Source of the DNA: TPA_inf: Saccharomyces
Lineage: Eukaryota
Assembly: GCA_000146045.2 (NCBI GenBank)
Contig: BK006937.2
Span: 64,001 to 128,000, forward strand
Direction: 5' to 3'
Length of the DNA: 64,000 nucleotides
The notes beneath the pieces were generated by a model. The model did not search any database and had not been told where the DNA came from. It saw only the letters and a program-made list of their open reading frames with translations. Below are positions 43,713 to 55,574 of the stretch, in pieces (position 1 is the stretch's first letter; each line of letters opens with the position of its first letter). The position numbers and the translations under genes are program-made.

Positions 43713-44020
43713 TGATATCCTTGCATGCGCAAGTTGGTAATACACTGCACAAAACACGCGTGTGCACATACACTTATGTGGTTCACCGTGCCGCTGCTGT
43801 GTTTATCTGTTGCTCGACATGTGCTGCTAATGATTATGTTGGAATAGACAAACAATTTAAAGTAATTTCTTCTTTTTTTATAGTGAGAAATCTCAAAAGA
43901 AAAAAAAAAAAATAAAAAAAACTAAAGAGCTGCCGGGTGAGCAACGACTAAAAGAAGAAACCATTTAGGGCTTCATCAGCAACTGTAGGAGGAGAAAGCA
44001 GGTATATAACTAGCCGCAAT

Positions 44021-44791
44021 ATGTTTGTGGTGGATTGGAGCGTGCAGCTATGCATGGGAGTGATTTCACCTCTCTTCCGTGCCCTCGTGCAACTGCCTTT
44101 ATCAATTTTCGTATGGAATGGGTTTCAGCTTGTGGCATTGCCTATCAACATCCCATTGAGGTTGTTCCTGGGGACGTCGCTGAGCCGTTTAGTTGCACAA
44201 ACAAGCACATTAGACTTCTATGTGGTTTTGACGTTGTTTCAATATTTTGCTGTGCTTTGTGCTTTTGGCAGCATCATAGGACTCATCTTTGGATTTATAT
44301 TGGGTGTGTTCCACTCAATCTGCGGGGTACCCAGTGTATACATAAGTCTAGAATGGAAACGGTGGTTTGCTCCGATACGTACGGTCCTTGAACGTGCTTC
44401 CACTAGTATTGTCAACATTATGCGAGGACAAACTATTGCGCCAATACCCATGCCTAAGCCCAATCCCACGCATATATCAAAGCCTAACATGAAAAAATTC
44501 CATGATGAGCCTGGAGCTGATGATATGACTATAACGCATGATGTGAACTGCTACATCACCCCTTGCCAAACGCCTACTAACGAAAAAATTCAGCATTATA
44601 ATAATGATTCATTCAACACGACCACCACAGACGATGAACCCACTGATATTTGGGATAGGTCTGACACTTACCAAAACTCATTCGTCACCAATGAAACTTT
44701 GATGTCTCTTTCTAATAGAGCTAAGCTTCGAAGAAATGCCAGTGATGCGGACATCGTTAATATAAAGATTTTACGAAGGAATTCTAGGTGA
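44021..44791 (+). CDS. LDB16: Lipid-droplet biogenesis membrane protein Ldb16 (256 aa)
   Basis: A 256-aa ORF with ATG at 44021, N-terminal transmembrane segments and an S/T/N-rich C-terminus. Confidence 0.78.
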
Positions 44792-44959
44792 TATTGCAAT
44801 TACTTCTTCTCATGCACTAACAAGTGAATGATAGAAATATGTTGAGTTCCTAACTGCCTGATTTTAAATAAGTTTCATATTATAATCTTTTAGCATATAT
44901 ATATATATATTGATCCTCTCTCTTCTTTATTTTCTGCCAGTAACCCATGTGTGAAGAAG

Positions 44960-44970
44960 AAAACATAAAT
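44960..44970 (-). promoter_or_regulatory. Exact ARS consensus match (ATTTATGTTTT on the minus strand) in the LDB16-PGS1 intergenic region; candidate ARS307 core
   Basis: aaaacataaat on plus equals WTTTAYRTTTW on minus, an 11/11 match. ARS307 is known to lie in this interval (from memory). Confidence 0.35.
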
Positions 44971-45104
44971 AAAAAAGCAGTAGCACATGGACACATTCAC
45001 GCCCGAACACTCCTAAAAAGCAGCCCACACAAGAAAGTAGATATAATGTAGGACACCCAGCTTGTCCATAATTGCTAATAGCATACTCAGGATAACATAT
45101 ATTA

Positions 45105-46670
45105 ATGACGACTCGTTTGCTCCAACTCACTCGTCCTCATTACAGATTATTATCCCTACCTCTCCAGAAACCCTTCAATATAAAAAGGCAGATGTCCGCT
45201 GCGAACCCTTCTCCATTTGGCAATTATTTGAACACGATCACTAAGTCCCTACAACAGAATTTACAAACATGCTTTCATTTCCAAGCAAAAGAAATCGATA
45301 TAATCGAATCTCCATCTCAGTTTTACGATCTCTTGAAGACAAAAATACTTAATTCACAAAATAGAATATTCATTGCGTCTCTGTATTTAGGCAAAAGCGA
45401 GACTGAGTTGGTGGACTGCATATCCCAGGCATTGACCAAGAACCCCAAGTTGAAAGTTTCTTTTCTACTTGATGGCCTTCGAGGAACAAGAGAATTGCCT
45501 TCCGCCTGTTCCGCCACTTTATTATCGTCTTTAGTAGCCAAATATGGGTCAGAGAGAGTGGATTGCCGATTGTACAAGACGCCTGCTTATCATGGTTGGA
45601 AAAAAGTCTTGGTTCCCAAGAGATTTAATGAAGGTTTAGGCTTACAACATATGAAAATATATGGGTTTGATAACGAGGTCATTCTTTCGGGAGCCAACCT
45701 TTCGAACGACTATTTCACCAACAGACAAGATAGATACTATCTCTTTAAATCTCGAAACTTCTCCAACTATTATTTTAAATTACATCAACTCATAAGTTCC
45801 TTCAGTTATCAGATTATAAAGCCAATGGTGGATGGTAGCATCAACATCATTTGGCCAGATTCGAATCCTACTGTTGAACCGACGAAAAATAAAAGGCTGT
45901 TTTTAAGGGAAGCATCTCAATTACTAGATGGCTTTTTAAAGAGTTCTAAACAAAGCCTCCCGATTACTGCCGTGGGTCAATTCTCCACATTAGTTTACCC
46001 AATTTCTCAATTCACTCCACTTTTTCCCAAATATAATGACAAATCGACCGAAAAAAGAACAATATTGTCATTGCTTTCCACTATAACAAGCAATGCCATT
46101 TCTTGGACGTTCACTGCAGGATACTTCAATATTTTGCCAGACATCAAAGCAAAACTGCTGGCAACGCCGGTTGCTGAGGCAAATGTAATAACAGCTTCCC
46201 CCTTTGCAAACGGCTTTTACCAATCAAAGGGCGTCTCATCAAATTTACCTGGTGCTTACTTGTACCTGTCAAAAAAATTTCTACAAGATGTATGTAGGTA
46301 CAGACAAGATCATGCTATTACATTAAGAGAATGGCAAAGAGGCGTAGTAAATAAGCCGAATGGTTGGTCATATCACGCAAAAGGTATTTGGCTTTCCGCT
46401 CGTGATAAAAATGATGCTAACAATTGGAAACCCTTTATCACGGTTATAGGATCTTCAAACTATACGAGAAGGGCGTATTCATTAGATTTGGAATCGAATG
46501 CTCTCATTATTACAAGAGATGAAGAGCTAAGAAAAAAAATGAAAGCAGAGTTAGATAATTTATTACAATATACAAAACCTGTAACTCTAGAAGACTTTCA
46601 ATCAGACCCAGAAAGACATGTTGGCACTGGTGTAAAGATAGCTACCTCCATTTTGGGTAAAAAACTTTAG
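45105..46670 (+). CDS. PGS1: Phosphatidylglycerolphosphate synthase Pgs1 (PLD superfamily with two HKD motifs, 521 aa)
   Basis: A 521-aa ORF; HKD motifs include HMKIYGFDNEVILSGANLSNDYF and HAKGIWLS; N-terminal mitochondrial targeting sequence. Confidence 0.92.
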   Translation: MTTRLLQLTRPHYRLLSLPLQKPFNIKRQMSAANPSPFGNYLNTITKSLQQNLQTCFHFQAKEIDIIESPSQFYDLLKTKILNSQNRIFIASLYLGKSETELVDCISQALTKNPKLKVSFLLDGLRGTRELPSACSATLLSSLVAKYGSERVDCRLYKTPAYHGWKKVLVPKRFNEGLGLQHMKIYGFDNEVILSGANLSNDYFTNRQDRYYLFKSRNFSNYYFKLHQLISSFSYQIIKPMVDGSINIIWPDSNPTVEPTKNKRLFLREASQLLDGFLKSSKQSLPITAVGQFSTLVYPISQFTPLFPKYNDKSTEKRTILSLLSTITSNAISWTFTAGYFNILPDIKAKLLATPVAEANVITASPFANGFYQSKGVSSNLPGAYLYLSKKFLQDVCRYRQDHAITLREWQRGVVNKPNGWSYHAKGIWLSARDKNDANNWKPFITVIGSSNYTRRAYSLDLESNALIITRDEELRKKMKAELDNLLQYTKPVTLEDFQSDPERHVGTGVKIATSILGKKL

Positions 46671-46807
46671 ATTCTATTCTATCATAGTATGTCGCCTGTA
46701 AATATGGAAAAATAAAAGAAAAAATAGTAATAATAAATGCATTATCTAAAACTCCTTAAATTTGCAAACATCGCAAAGCCATTAAGGTAGAGAATGAGCT
46801 GACCTTG

Positions 46808-47557
46808 TTATAGTTTTCCTTTTGGCAACCGTGGTTTCCGTCCTACGTAAACATACTGAACTTGACAAAGTATGACCAATAAGGTGACAAATTGTATCAA
46901 TTTTACCCAAAAGGGCGTTGAATTAAATGGTATCTCGTAAAACAATGCATTGGTCGGTATTACCAGTCTACCTAATAAATCGATAGATTCAGCCAAAAAT
47001 GATATCAATGCAAACTTTGATGATAAACCTACTGTTGAGCATCCCATCCAGTTTATACTCATTTGAGGCACATACTTGAAACATTTAAGCAGATTTGCCA
47101 TTACCCACAAATAATTTATGTGTTCCAAATAGAAAACGCCAAATTTACCTGAATTTTTCAACGGTAAATTAGAGATGGAACAGCCATATGTAAATATGCC
47201 TAATACAAGGAACACACTTATAATTATTATGGAAGTAATGGAAATGCCCTGATAAATATGTTTAGTTGACCTATAATAGTATAACTGCCTTAAAACCATC
47301 ATGCAGCAACAGGAAACGCAAAAATCTTTTAGAATGAGGAAACTGGATATAGGTATACTACGGGCATCATTCAACGGATAAAAAAGTGGGAATCTTTGAG
47401 ACAGTTGTTCCCTCACCAGAGATGAATAACAATAATGCAACGCGCAATACAAGTACAGACCATTACCAACAAAATCTAGCAGAAATAAATCATATGAAAG
47501 CCCGTAAATAGATCGATGAAGTTTATTATAGCGCTTTTGACATAGAATGGCGATGAT
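46808..47557 (-). CDS. YCL002C exon 2 (multi-pass membrane protein of unknown function)
   Basis: The frame stays open upstream of the track's TTG start, back to a 3' splice site (AG at plus 47558-47559, minus-strand ...cttacatag|ATCATCGCC). It contains many hydrophobic segments. Confidence 0.55.
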   Translation of the reverse strand: MIAILCQKRYNKLHRSIYGLSYDLFLLDFVGNGLYLYCALHYCYSSLVREQLSQRFPLFYPLNDARSIPISSFLILKDFCVSCCCMMVLRQLYYYRSTKHIYQGISITSIIIISVFLVLGIFTYGCSISNLPLKNSGKFGVFYLEHINYLWVMANLLKCFKYVPQMSINWMGCSTVGLSSKFALISFLAESIDLLGRLVIPTNALFYEIPFNSTPFWVKLIQFVTLLVILCQVQYVYVGRKPRLPKGKL

Positions 47558-47633
47558 CTATGTAAGAAATGGAAGTTTTCTCCCTTAGTTAGTCAAACCT
47601 TTCATGTATACTTTCTCCTTCAATTATGCATAC

Positions 47634-47675
47634 TGATAAAAAACCTGCCAAGCCCTGCAGAACAATAACAAGCAT
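47634..47675 (-). CDS. YCL002C exon 1 (42 nt, MLVIVLQGLAGFLS); intron 47558-47633 (76 nt) with 5' splice site GUAUGC and branchpoint GACUAAC
   Basis: ATG at plus 47673-47675. The exon ends on a codon boundary directly before GTATGC. The GACTAAC box lies ~31 nt from the 3' AG. Exons 1 plus 2 give 263 aa. Confidence 0.5.
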
Positions 47676-47915
47676 GTGAATGATTCAATATAATTGCTTC
47701 GCAGGGCTCCTCAACCTCTCCTCTGGAAAACCTTACCTCAATGAGGTTAAAAATTGTGGGTTTTTCGTTCGCAGAGGAAAAAAAAACTTGTCAAAACACG
47801 CCTCTGCAGTAGAACACGAATTATACATAAGAAAAATAACGATACAAGAAAGGCGATTTCGATTTGGGACTAAGTGTTACACGAAAGGCATAGAGTATCA
47901 AAAAAAGGAAGCAAG

Positions 47916-48482
47916 ATGGATTACGATAGCTCTGATACAATGAACGGTGGTTCAAGTAACCCCTTAATCACTAAGATGAATACAATGAAATTATTATATC
48001 AACACTATTTGGATAAAGTCACTCCTCACGCTAAGGAGAGGTGGGCTGTATTGGGTGGTTTGTTATGTTTGTTTATGGTTCGTATTACAATGGCCGAAGG
48101 CTGGTATGTGATTTGTTATGGTCTAGGTCTATTTTTATTGAATCAATTTTTAGCCTTTTTGACCCCAAAATTCGATATGTCCTTACAGCAAGATGAAGAA
48201 AACAACGAATTGGAAGCTGGAGAAAAATCAGAAGAATTCCGTCCATTCATCAGAAGATTACCAGAGTTCAAATTCTGGTATAACAGCATTAGAGCCACTG
48301 TCATTTCCCTCTTGTTGTCGCTATTTTCAATCTTCGATATTCCAGTATTTTGGCCCATCTTATTGATGTATTTCATATTATTGTTTTTTTTAACTATGAG
48401 AAGGCAGATTCAACATATGATAAAATATAGATATATACCCTTAGATATCGGTAAGAAGAAATATTCTCATTCTTCTAACTGA
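47916..48482 (+). CDS. RER1: Golgi-ER retrieval receptor Rer1 (4 transmembrane segments, 188 aa)
   Basis: The first ATG at 47916 gives MDYDSSDTMNGGSSNPLITKMNTMKLLYQHYLDKVTPHAKERWAVLGG..., a conserved Rer1-family sequence. Confidence 0.92.
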   Translation: MDYDSSDTMNGGSSNPLITKMNTMKLLYQHYLDKVTPHAKERWAVLGGLLCLFMVRITMAEGWYVICYGLGLFLLNQFLAFLTPKFDMSLQQDEENNELEAGEKSEEFRPFIRRLPEFKFWYNSIRATVISLLLSLFSIFDIPVFWPILLMYFILLFFLTMRRQIQHMIKYRYIPLDIGKKKYSHSSN

Positions 48483-49079
48483 TATACCCTGACTCCACAT
48501 ACCTATTCAACGAACACATTCGTATCTTAATTATATGTAAACAAAATTATATGATAGTTACAGAATAATTGTGATTATTTTCTCCTTCTACTCATCTTCT
48601 CTTATATTGGAAGAATACATGAAGTTATTGATTAAGCAAAATTGAAGGGAAGAGGCTCATTTTCTTCCATTTATAAATGGAGAGCTTGAGATGCCTCCAA
48701 TTGATAAATTTTTGTAAAGACTTTCAAGAAACATGTCTAAAAAGAATTGACAGCTTCGAACCTTTCTGCATAATTACTAATACCAAATTAGTGAGAAATG
48801 GGGTATGTCGAGGAATAAAGGATGCAAAAGAGAGAGTAATGTCATGCAAGTTGTGAGTTTGAAATGTTCACACGTTTATAATGTCCATACTCCGTGGCGT
48901 GCATGTGTTTTAGTGTATTAGTTTTCCAAGTTATTAAAGAACTTAGTAAATTTATCATCGAACGCATTTTGATTAAGTGGCACAATAGACTTCAATGGAA
49001 AATGAAAATCATATCTGTAGCAAAAACGACAGCGAAGATAACGGTTACACAATTATCACGTTGATTCGTCAACTTAAAG

Positions 49080-50024
49080 ATGACCTTTTTACAATTTATC
49101 AATAATAATAGACAAGAAGGACAAGGTTATATTTCAGAAAAATTATTCAAAACTAAGAAGAATGAGATGATAAGAAAAACAGTTACCAATTTAGTAGCTG
49201 TAAGATTAAAAAACTTATCCCACGAATTTGATGTAATAGAGAATTATCTGCGCTATATAGCTAGCACCAGTGAACATCTATTTACTGCTATTAAGCGCCA
49301 CTTTAACAAATGTGCCAGAAAACTTTTGAAAGAAGCAATCGACTCCAAATCAAACTCAGAAACTGCTACGGTGGTTCTGCAAGAAGGATTTTCTGGCATT
49401 TGCTTATTGAAAGCGTCTTCAATTATATTAAAACTAAAATTGAAGTTTCCAAAAAAGAAAGATAGAACTGATATTAGCAAATTGTGTGACAAGAAAGAAC
49501 GGATGACACAGTGGTTAGAAATTTCAATTTTGATGAACTGAGAATAATAATATTATGCTCCCCTGGATTTTATGCGAAGACACTGCTGAAAAAATTTCTG
49601 ATATATGCAGAGAAGGAGCAAATAAGCCAGTTTTAAGGAACCGAGATAAGCTGTTTTCGCCCATTGTTCTAGTTCTACAAAATATCTACAGGGAATCGAT
49701 GAGGTTGTAAGAAATCCTGAATACTCTATGATAGTGCATAACACTAAAAAGTTGAAAGAATCCCGTATCATGGACGATTTCCTTGAACATTTGAGCAAAG
49801 ACGATAACAAAGCATGGTATGGCGCGGAAGAAACCGAGAGAGCTGCAAAATTAGATGCAATAGAAACACTACTTATTACAGATAGTGTACTAAAAAGGAA
49901 CGACGTGAAAAAACGTGAAAAATACCTAGACCTAATAGAGAATAGTGGAAACAACAATGGCAAAATATTCGTACTCAGTACTTCAAAAATCACAGTGAGC
50001 AACTTGACAAACCAACAGATATAG
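49080..50024 (+). pseudogene. Dom34/Pelota paralog relic spanning three reading frames. It is currently readable as two ORFs: 49080-49541 (153 aa) and 49770-50024 (84 aa).
   Basis: The first ORF ends at TGA 49539-49541. The Pelota-like sequence continues in frame +2 (IILCSPGFYAKTLLKKFLIYAEKEQ at ~49550-49630). It then returns to frame 0 as ...KKLKESRIMDDFLEHLSKDDNKAWYGAEETERAAKLDAIETLLITDSVLKRNDVKKREKYLDLIENSGNNNGKIFVLST, a Pelota C-terminal eRF1-like domain. Confidence 0.6.
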
Positions 50025-50384
50025 GCTGTGTCTTAAAATATACCATCCAATACCTTGATGAACTTTTCAAAGATGACTAAAATAAGTGAAATTTCAACAT
50101 TAACTTCGAATTTTTTTCTTTTTATCTAACACTTGTCAAACAGAATATAAGGATTACTTGTCTTCTTTGCTACATATTGCTACCACTTCTATTACACAAT
50201 AGTTTCAATAGCTTGCAGCGTAGCTAAACTCTAAAATTTATCTAAATCACTCATATAAACCGAACCCTTCCCCTTCCGCTTATAGTACAGTACCTATACA
50301 TTTCATAAACATGGCATGGCGATCAGCGCCAAACAATATGGAAAATCCACAGAAAGCTATTCATTGAAAAAATAGTACAAATAA

Positions 50385-50501
50385 GTCACATGATGATATT
50401 TGATTTTATTATATTTTTAAAAAAAGTAAAAAATAAAAAGTAGTTTATTTTTAAAAAATAAAATTTAAAATATTAGTGTATTTGATTTCCGAAAGTTAAA
50501 A
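50385..50501 (+). other. CEN3: Point centromere CEN3: CDEI GTCACATG (50385-50392), CDEII 84 bp at >90% A+T (50393-50476), CDEIII TGTATTTGATTTCCGAAAGTTAAAA (50477-50501)
   Basis: All three elements are read directly. CDEIII contains the invariant CCG flanked by the TGATTT and GAAAGT half-sites. CDEII shows the A-run/T-run periodicity. Confidence 0.95.
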
Positions 50502-51684
50502 AAGAAATAGTAAGAAATATATATTTCATTGAATGGATATATGAAACGTTTACTGGTGGAAGTTTTGCTCATATATTATTATTCAATAGAAGTAATAAAG
50601 AAAAAGTTGGTAAAGCAACTTAACAGTAAAAAGGTAATGATTGAAAAAGTTTTTGAACATCTAAGCTATATGTTGATGGGTTTACAATTTTACCATTAGT
50701 ACTCATGCCTATACTTTTCTGTTCGTCCTTAATGTCCGCGATTTAGAGCAATCATTGAAAGTACTAGATACATTTTAGCCAGAGAGGACTCGTTGACGTA
50801 GAATTAAAATTCAAATGAATTTCCGCCCCATTCATATACCCCAAATAACAAACATATTAAAACTTCATAATTATTCAAAATGTGGAGTAGTATAGAAGAG
50901 CAGTACCTTCAAAATTGATTTCTTCAGTTTCCCACCCGGGATCCACTTGTCATGCGGTGAGAATCGTATATTGCGTATAATCCGTGTTTCATCACCCACA
51001 TTATAGTACAAACCTACTGGTGTAACCATTATCATATTCATGACTTGTAGTTAAAAATCTTTCACGATAAATTGAGGAAAAAATCACGTTAAATAGTTTC
51101 ATATCATTCTTTAGTTAAAGTCTGTGCATAAAAAGAGGATCGGGTGTTGTACTCGTTCTATCAAAATATTGTTATTGTTGCATTATCACACGAATTACAA
51201 TCAATTTTTTTATCTACAGGCCAGAGTACCTGAAATAATGGAATTAGATTCAAAAAGGATAGCTTAATCGGTCTTTATACTAATTATTTTACGCCCAGAA
51301 CGAAACATAACGTGCATTAAATCTCACTGTCACAACATTGTATATAATGGTAGCATCGTACTAACTATTGGCATTCATTCAATATTATACAATTATCTTA
51401 TTAATACTTTCTCAAGTAGTCTTGAAGACCAGCATGTAGGAAGGTGATGATATGCTCCGTAAATAATTGGAAATATTGAGATATAATAACGATGACAATA
51501 CTAACAAAAGTAATAGGTGAGCTCCGCCAATTGATTGTTTTGTTTTGAATATATATTGATGCTTAACAATTTAGTCGTCAAATAGCACCTGCAAAACCTA
51601 CCTCTTACAGGCTTTTTTTCAATTTACTCCCCATGTGGGAGTTCTACGTAAACCACTTAGAATGCAGTTTCTCTTCTAAATAAC

Positions 51685-51999
51685 ATGTTATATCTTCTGA
51701 AGAAATTGAAACATATTGATTCTTATGGTGAGAGCAATTTATCAATGTTTTATCTTAAGTTCTACTGCCCTTGGAAATTATGTCCTTTGCTTCCCATTTT
51801 ATATGGAAGAAACAAATCAGTACAAAATGCTTGGTCATGTCATAAGCTTCATCGATTTATTGACTTCCCAACTCCTTCGGCTAATATGAATTTTTTTTTC
51901 TTTATAAGAGTTTGCTATGGAACTGTCTCGCTGTTTATTTCAACGTTTCTAAAGAAAATATCCTTTTTTATTTATGTGAACTTCACTGTATACTTTTAG
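51685..51999 (+). CDS. Hypothetical 104-aa ORF in the pericentromeric gene-poor zone (YCR001W-like); coding status doubtful
   Basis: ATG at 51685. The protein is hydrophobic and low-complexity with no recognisable domain. Confidence 0.2.
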   Translation: MLYLLKKLKHIDSYGESNLSMFYLKFYCPWKLCPLLPILYGRNKSVQNAWSCHKLHRFIDFPTPSANMNFFFFIRVCYGTVSLFISTFLKKISFFIYVNFTVYF

Positions 52000-53379
52000 T
52001 ACCTTTCGGTGGATTTCTTCTATTTTACTCGATCACTTTTCTTGACTGTGCACTGTCGGTACAATCCTTATTGTATTAACTTGCGAAGAATATTTAGTCG
52101 TTCAGTAGGGTTCTTTTGGAAGAAATGCTAGCTTAACATGAGTGTGATCTCTTCTAGAATTAACTCTTTTGTTTATCCATGTAATCTGTTACCAACACAT
52201 AAAATGCATTGATAGACCAAATATCAAAAGCGTGCAGGCATCTCTTATCTAACAGTAAGCAAAATTTTGCCTGCGCTTTACTTCAATTTTCCATTCTTTT
52301 TCTGAGTCTTCGTCAGTGCATATTTTTTTACTGACAGCACCATTAATCAATCAGCTCACCTGCGCATTTCCAATAATCGTGCTCATGAAGATCATAAAGA
52401 AACGTCCAAACATGAAAGTGCTCCTTTAGAATTTCTAAATCCAAACGATATATGTACCCCTCGTTGATTTGTCCTAAAATGAGTATAGCTTGATTTTCGT
52501 TATATATTTTTTCATAGTATTCAGAAGAGGAGAGAGGATGTGATTTATCAATATCTGCATTAAGTAATGAACTTTGCCCTCTACTGAGGATATTCCCACT
52601 AGAAAACTATAAAAAATGGGAGAAAGTCAATCGCTGTTCAGGATTCAACATAGTTGTTGACAACGTATGATAAGAAGGCCAGTCCAGTCCTCCTAAGTTA
52701 GGTTAAGGGAGGTAGGGAAAAACTGAAGTGTAATGATAATCGAGGATGAAAGTGTGCGGCCAGAAAAATCTTTTCTTTTTATATTAATCTGTAATAAATA
52801 CAAGACCTATATATTAAAGTAAAACAACATTGAATCAGATCGCATACTGGTGTAGACGTGAAGTAGACATATGATAATCGAGCAGGGTGCTCAATTTGGT
52901 GTGGGACACGTTTGGGAAGGTTAAAAGAAGAGGTATATCCGGATTACATTTATTTTTGGCGTATTTTAATAATTTACTAAAAGCGCGAATAGCTTCCCAT
53001 TAGCAACGCTCAGGGACTCTTTCTAATGTTTATAGTAATACTTTAATAAGATGAGTACCAATTGCTTCTCTATGAGGCACAATCCCTAACCAAACTTTTA
53101 TTTAGAATTACCGGTAAACTCCGTTTTCTTCATAGATTAAATATTTGGCTAAGACAACAAAATGTTCTTTCATTTTACCAAACGAGAAGGTGATAGCTGT
53201 ACGCCAGAAAAGAAGGTAAAAACTCTCGCCAATCCAGCAATACCTGTACCTCTAGTTTTCGATCGCATTATGTCATTATGTAAAACCAAGGAGAGAAGCA
53301 AGTTACGGTGTTTTCATATAGAATAATTTGAGAATTCTTAATAACATAAGATATATAATCACCACCATTCTTATGAGAT

Positions 53380-54348
53380 TCAACGTTGAATGGCGTTGCT
53401 AGACATATGAGCTGAGGAACGACTATTCGCATTTTCTTTCAAGGCAATTAATTGTCTTGCTCTGAACCCTTCATAATGAATGTAGGAAGTTGTTTCGATT
53501 AAGTCTTGGAGATGAGTTCGAATCAAAAATTCCCTTAAATATACAAAATCACACTGGTTGATATCCTCAACATTAATAGCGCTCCAACGAGTTTTTCTTC
53601 CCCTGAAGGTTTCACCGTTTATTTCAATCTCATTCTCAGAACCAACCACTGCAAACGGAATGATAGATCTAACACTTCTGTTTAGTTCTAATTCCTCGTC
53701 AGTTAGTTCTTCCGAATCATAAGGATAAATCTTGAAATTGTATTTTTCGAATTCATTTTGAATAAGCTCCCTAAACTCCGTTCTTTCATCTAAAGTCAAT
53801 GTATCCGACTTGCCAATAACTGGTATAACATTTGCTATTTCTGTCAATCTTTTCAAGGCTTCAACGTCAAGGCGGCTCAACTCCTTTCCATTTGGTTGCA
53901 GGAAATAAAGAATTGCATGAACTCTTGTATCAGTAATAAACCTTTCACGTTGGGCTGTCAATTCTTTACGTAAGTATTGAGAATGTTGTTCCTTAATGTA
54001 CTTCACAATAGGCTCCCAAGCTTTAGAATTGTCAATAAAGTCACCAAATCCAGGTGTATCTATAACATTAATATTCAAGCGAACGCGGTCCTCCACAAGA
54101 GTATGAGTAGAAATTTTCATTTCAGTTGTTTTTGTAACAGGCAGGGCAGAAATATCATCACCAGTAGCAGAATCAATCAAATGTGAGGCAAATAACGTAT
54201 TTATTAGAGTACTTTTACCCAATCCGGATTGGCCAACAACCATTATATTAAATTGAAAACCTTTCTTCAACAGACGATGTTCGATCTGATTCGTGATGGT
54301 ATCAAAACCAACATAAGAAGCAGGCTGTACTGAGCTGAGAGGATCCAT
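53380..54348 (-). CDS. CDC10: Septin Cdc10 (322 aa)
   Basis: GTP-binding motifs GQSGLGKST and DTPG plus a septin unique element. N-terminus MDPLSSVQPASYVGFDTITNQIEHRLLKKGFQFNIMVVG. Confidence 0.95.
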   Translation of the reverse strand: MDPLSSVQPASYVGFDTITNQIEHRLLKKGFQFNIMVVGQSGLGKSTLINTLFASHLIDSATGDDISALPVTKTTEMKISTHTLVEDRVRLNINVIDTPGFGDFIDNSKAWEPIVKYIKEQHSQYLRKELTAQRERFITDTRVHAILYFLQPNGKELSRLDVEALKRLTEIANVIPVIGKSDTLTLDERTEFRELIQNEFEKYNFKIYPYDSEELTDEELELNRSVRSIIPFAVVGSENEIEINGETFRGRKTRWSAINVEDINQCDFVYLREFLIRTHLQDLIETTSYIHYEGFRARQLIALKENANSRSSAHMSSNAIQR

Positions 54349-54571
54349 TAATATATTTATAGAGTGCTTGTAGTAACCGTGGGGCTTGGCCTTGTATTTT
54401 CTTGTCTTTGCCTGAAAAAAGTTAAGTATTACTGATACATGTTTACATATATTCTATTCAGCGATTCTGATCTATTTGTGGTCTCTCGAGGAAATCTCAT
54501 CGTATCATACGATTATTTCCGCAAGCATTCAGAAAGCAAATCTTAATATAAGGCACAATGTTCCCAAATAA

Positions 54572-55171
<600 letters not shown>

Positions 55172-55574
55172 GCTCATCTTTCATCTAGTGGTTTCCTTTT
55201 TAAATAAACTTAAGCCTGTATATAGAAACTTAATTTCAAACTGTATATTTATTGTTTAAGACAGCATCAATGGTAGAATACAAGGAGCGGAAACAGAAAG
55301 AAAAGTCGAAATAGAATTTTTCGCTTTTGGCTTAACAAAATGAGGTCTTTGAAATCAAGAGTTTTGCTTGACAAAAAACAACTATATTTCAAAATATTAG
55401 GAAATGATATTATTAGTACAAGGACTTACAGAAATATACTTTTAATATAAAAAGGAAAAAATAAAATAAAAAGAGTTAATTCTTTATTAATTTTCCAACG
55501 TCCTACATTGATATATCTGCTGAGATAGAATTAATGTTAGTAAGAACTAAATATTAGACGCGAACTGTTGTTTC

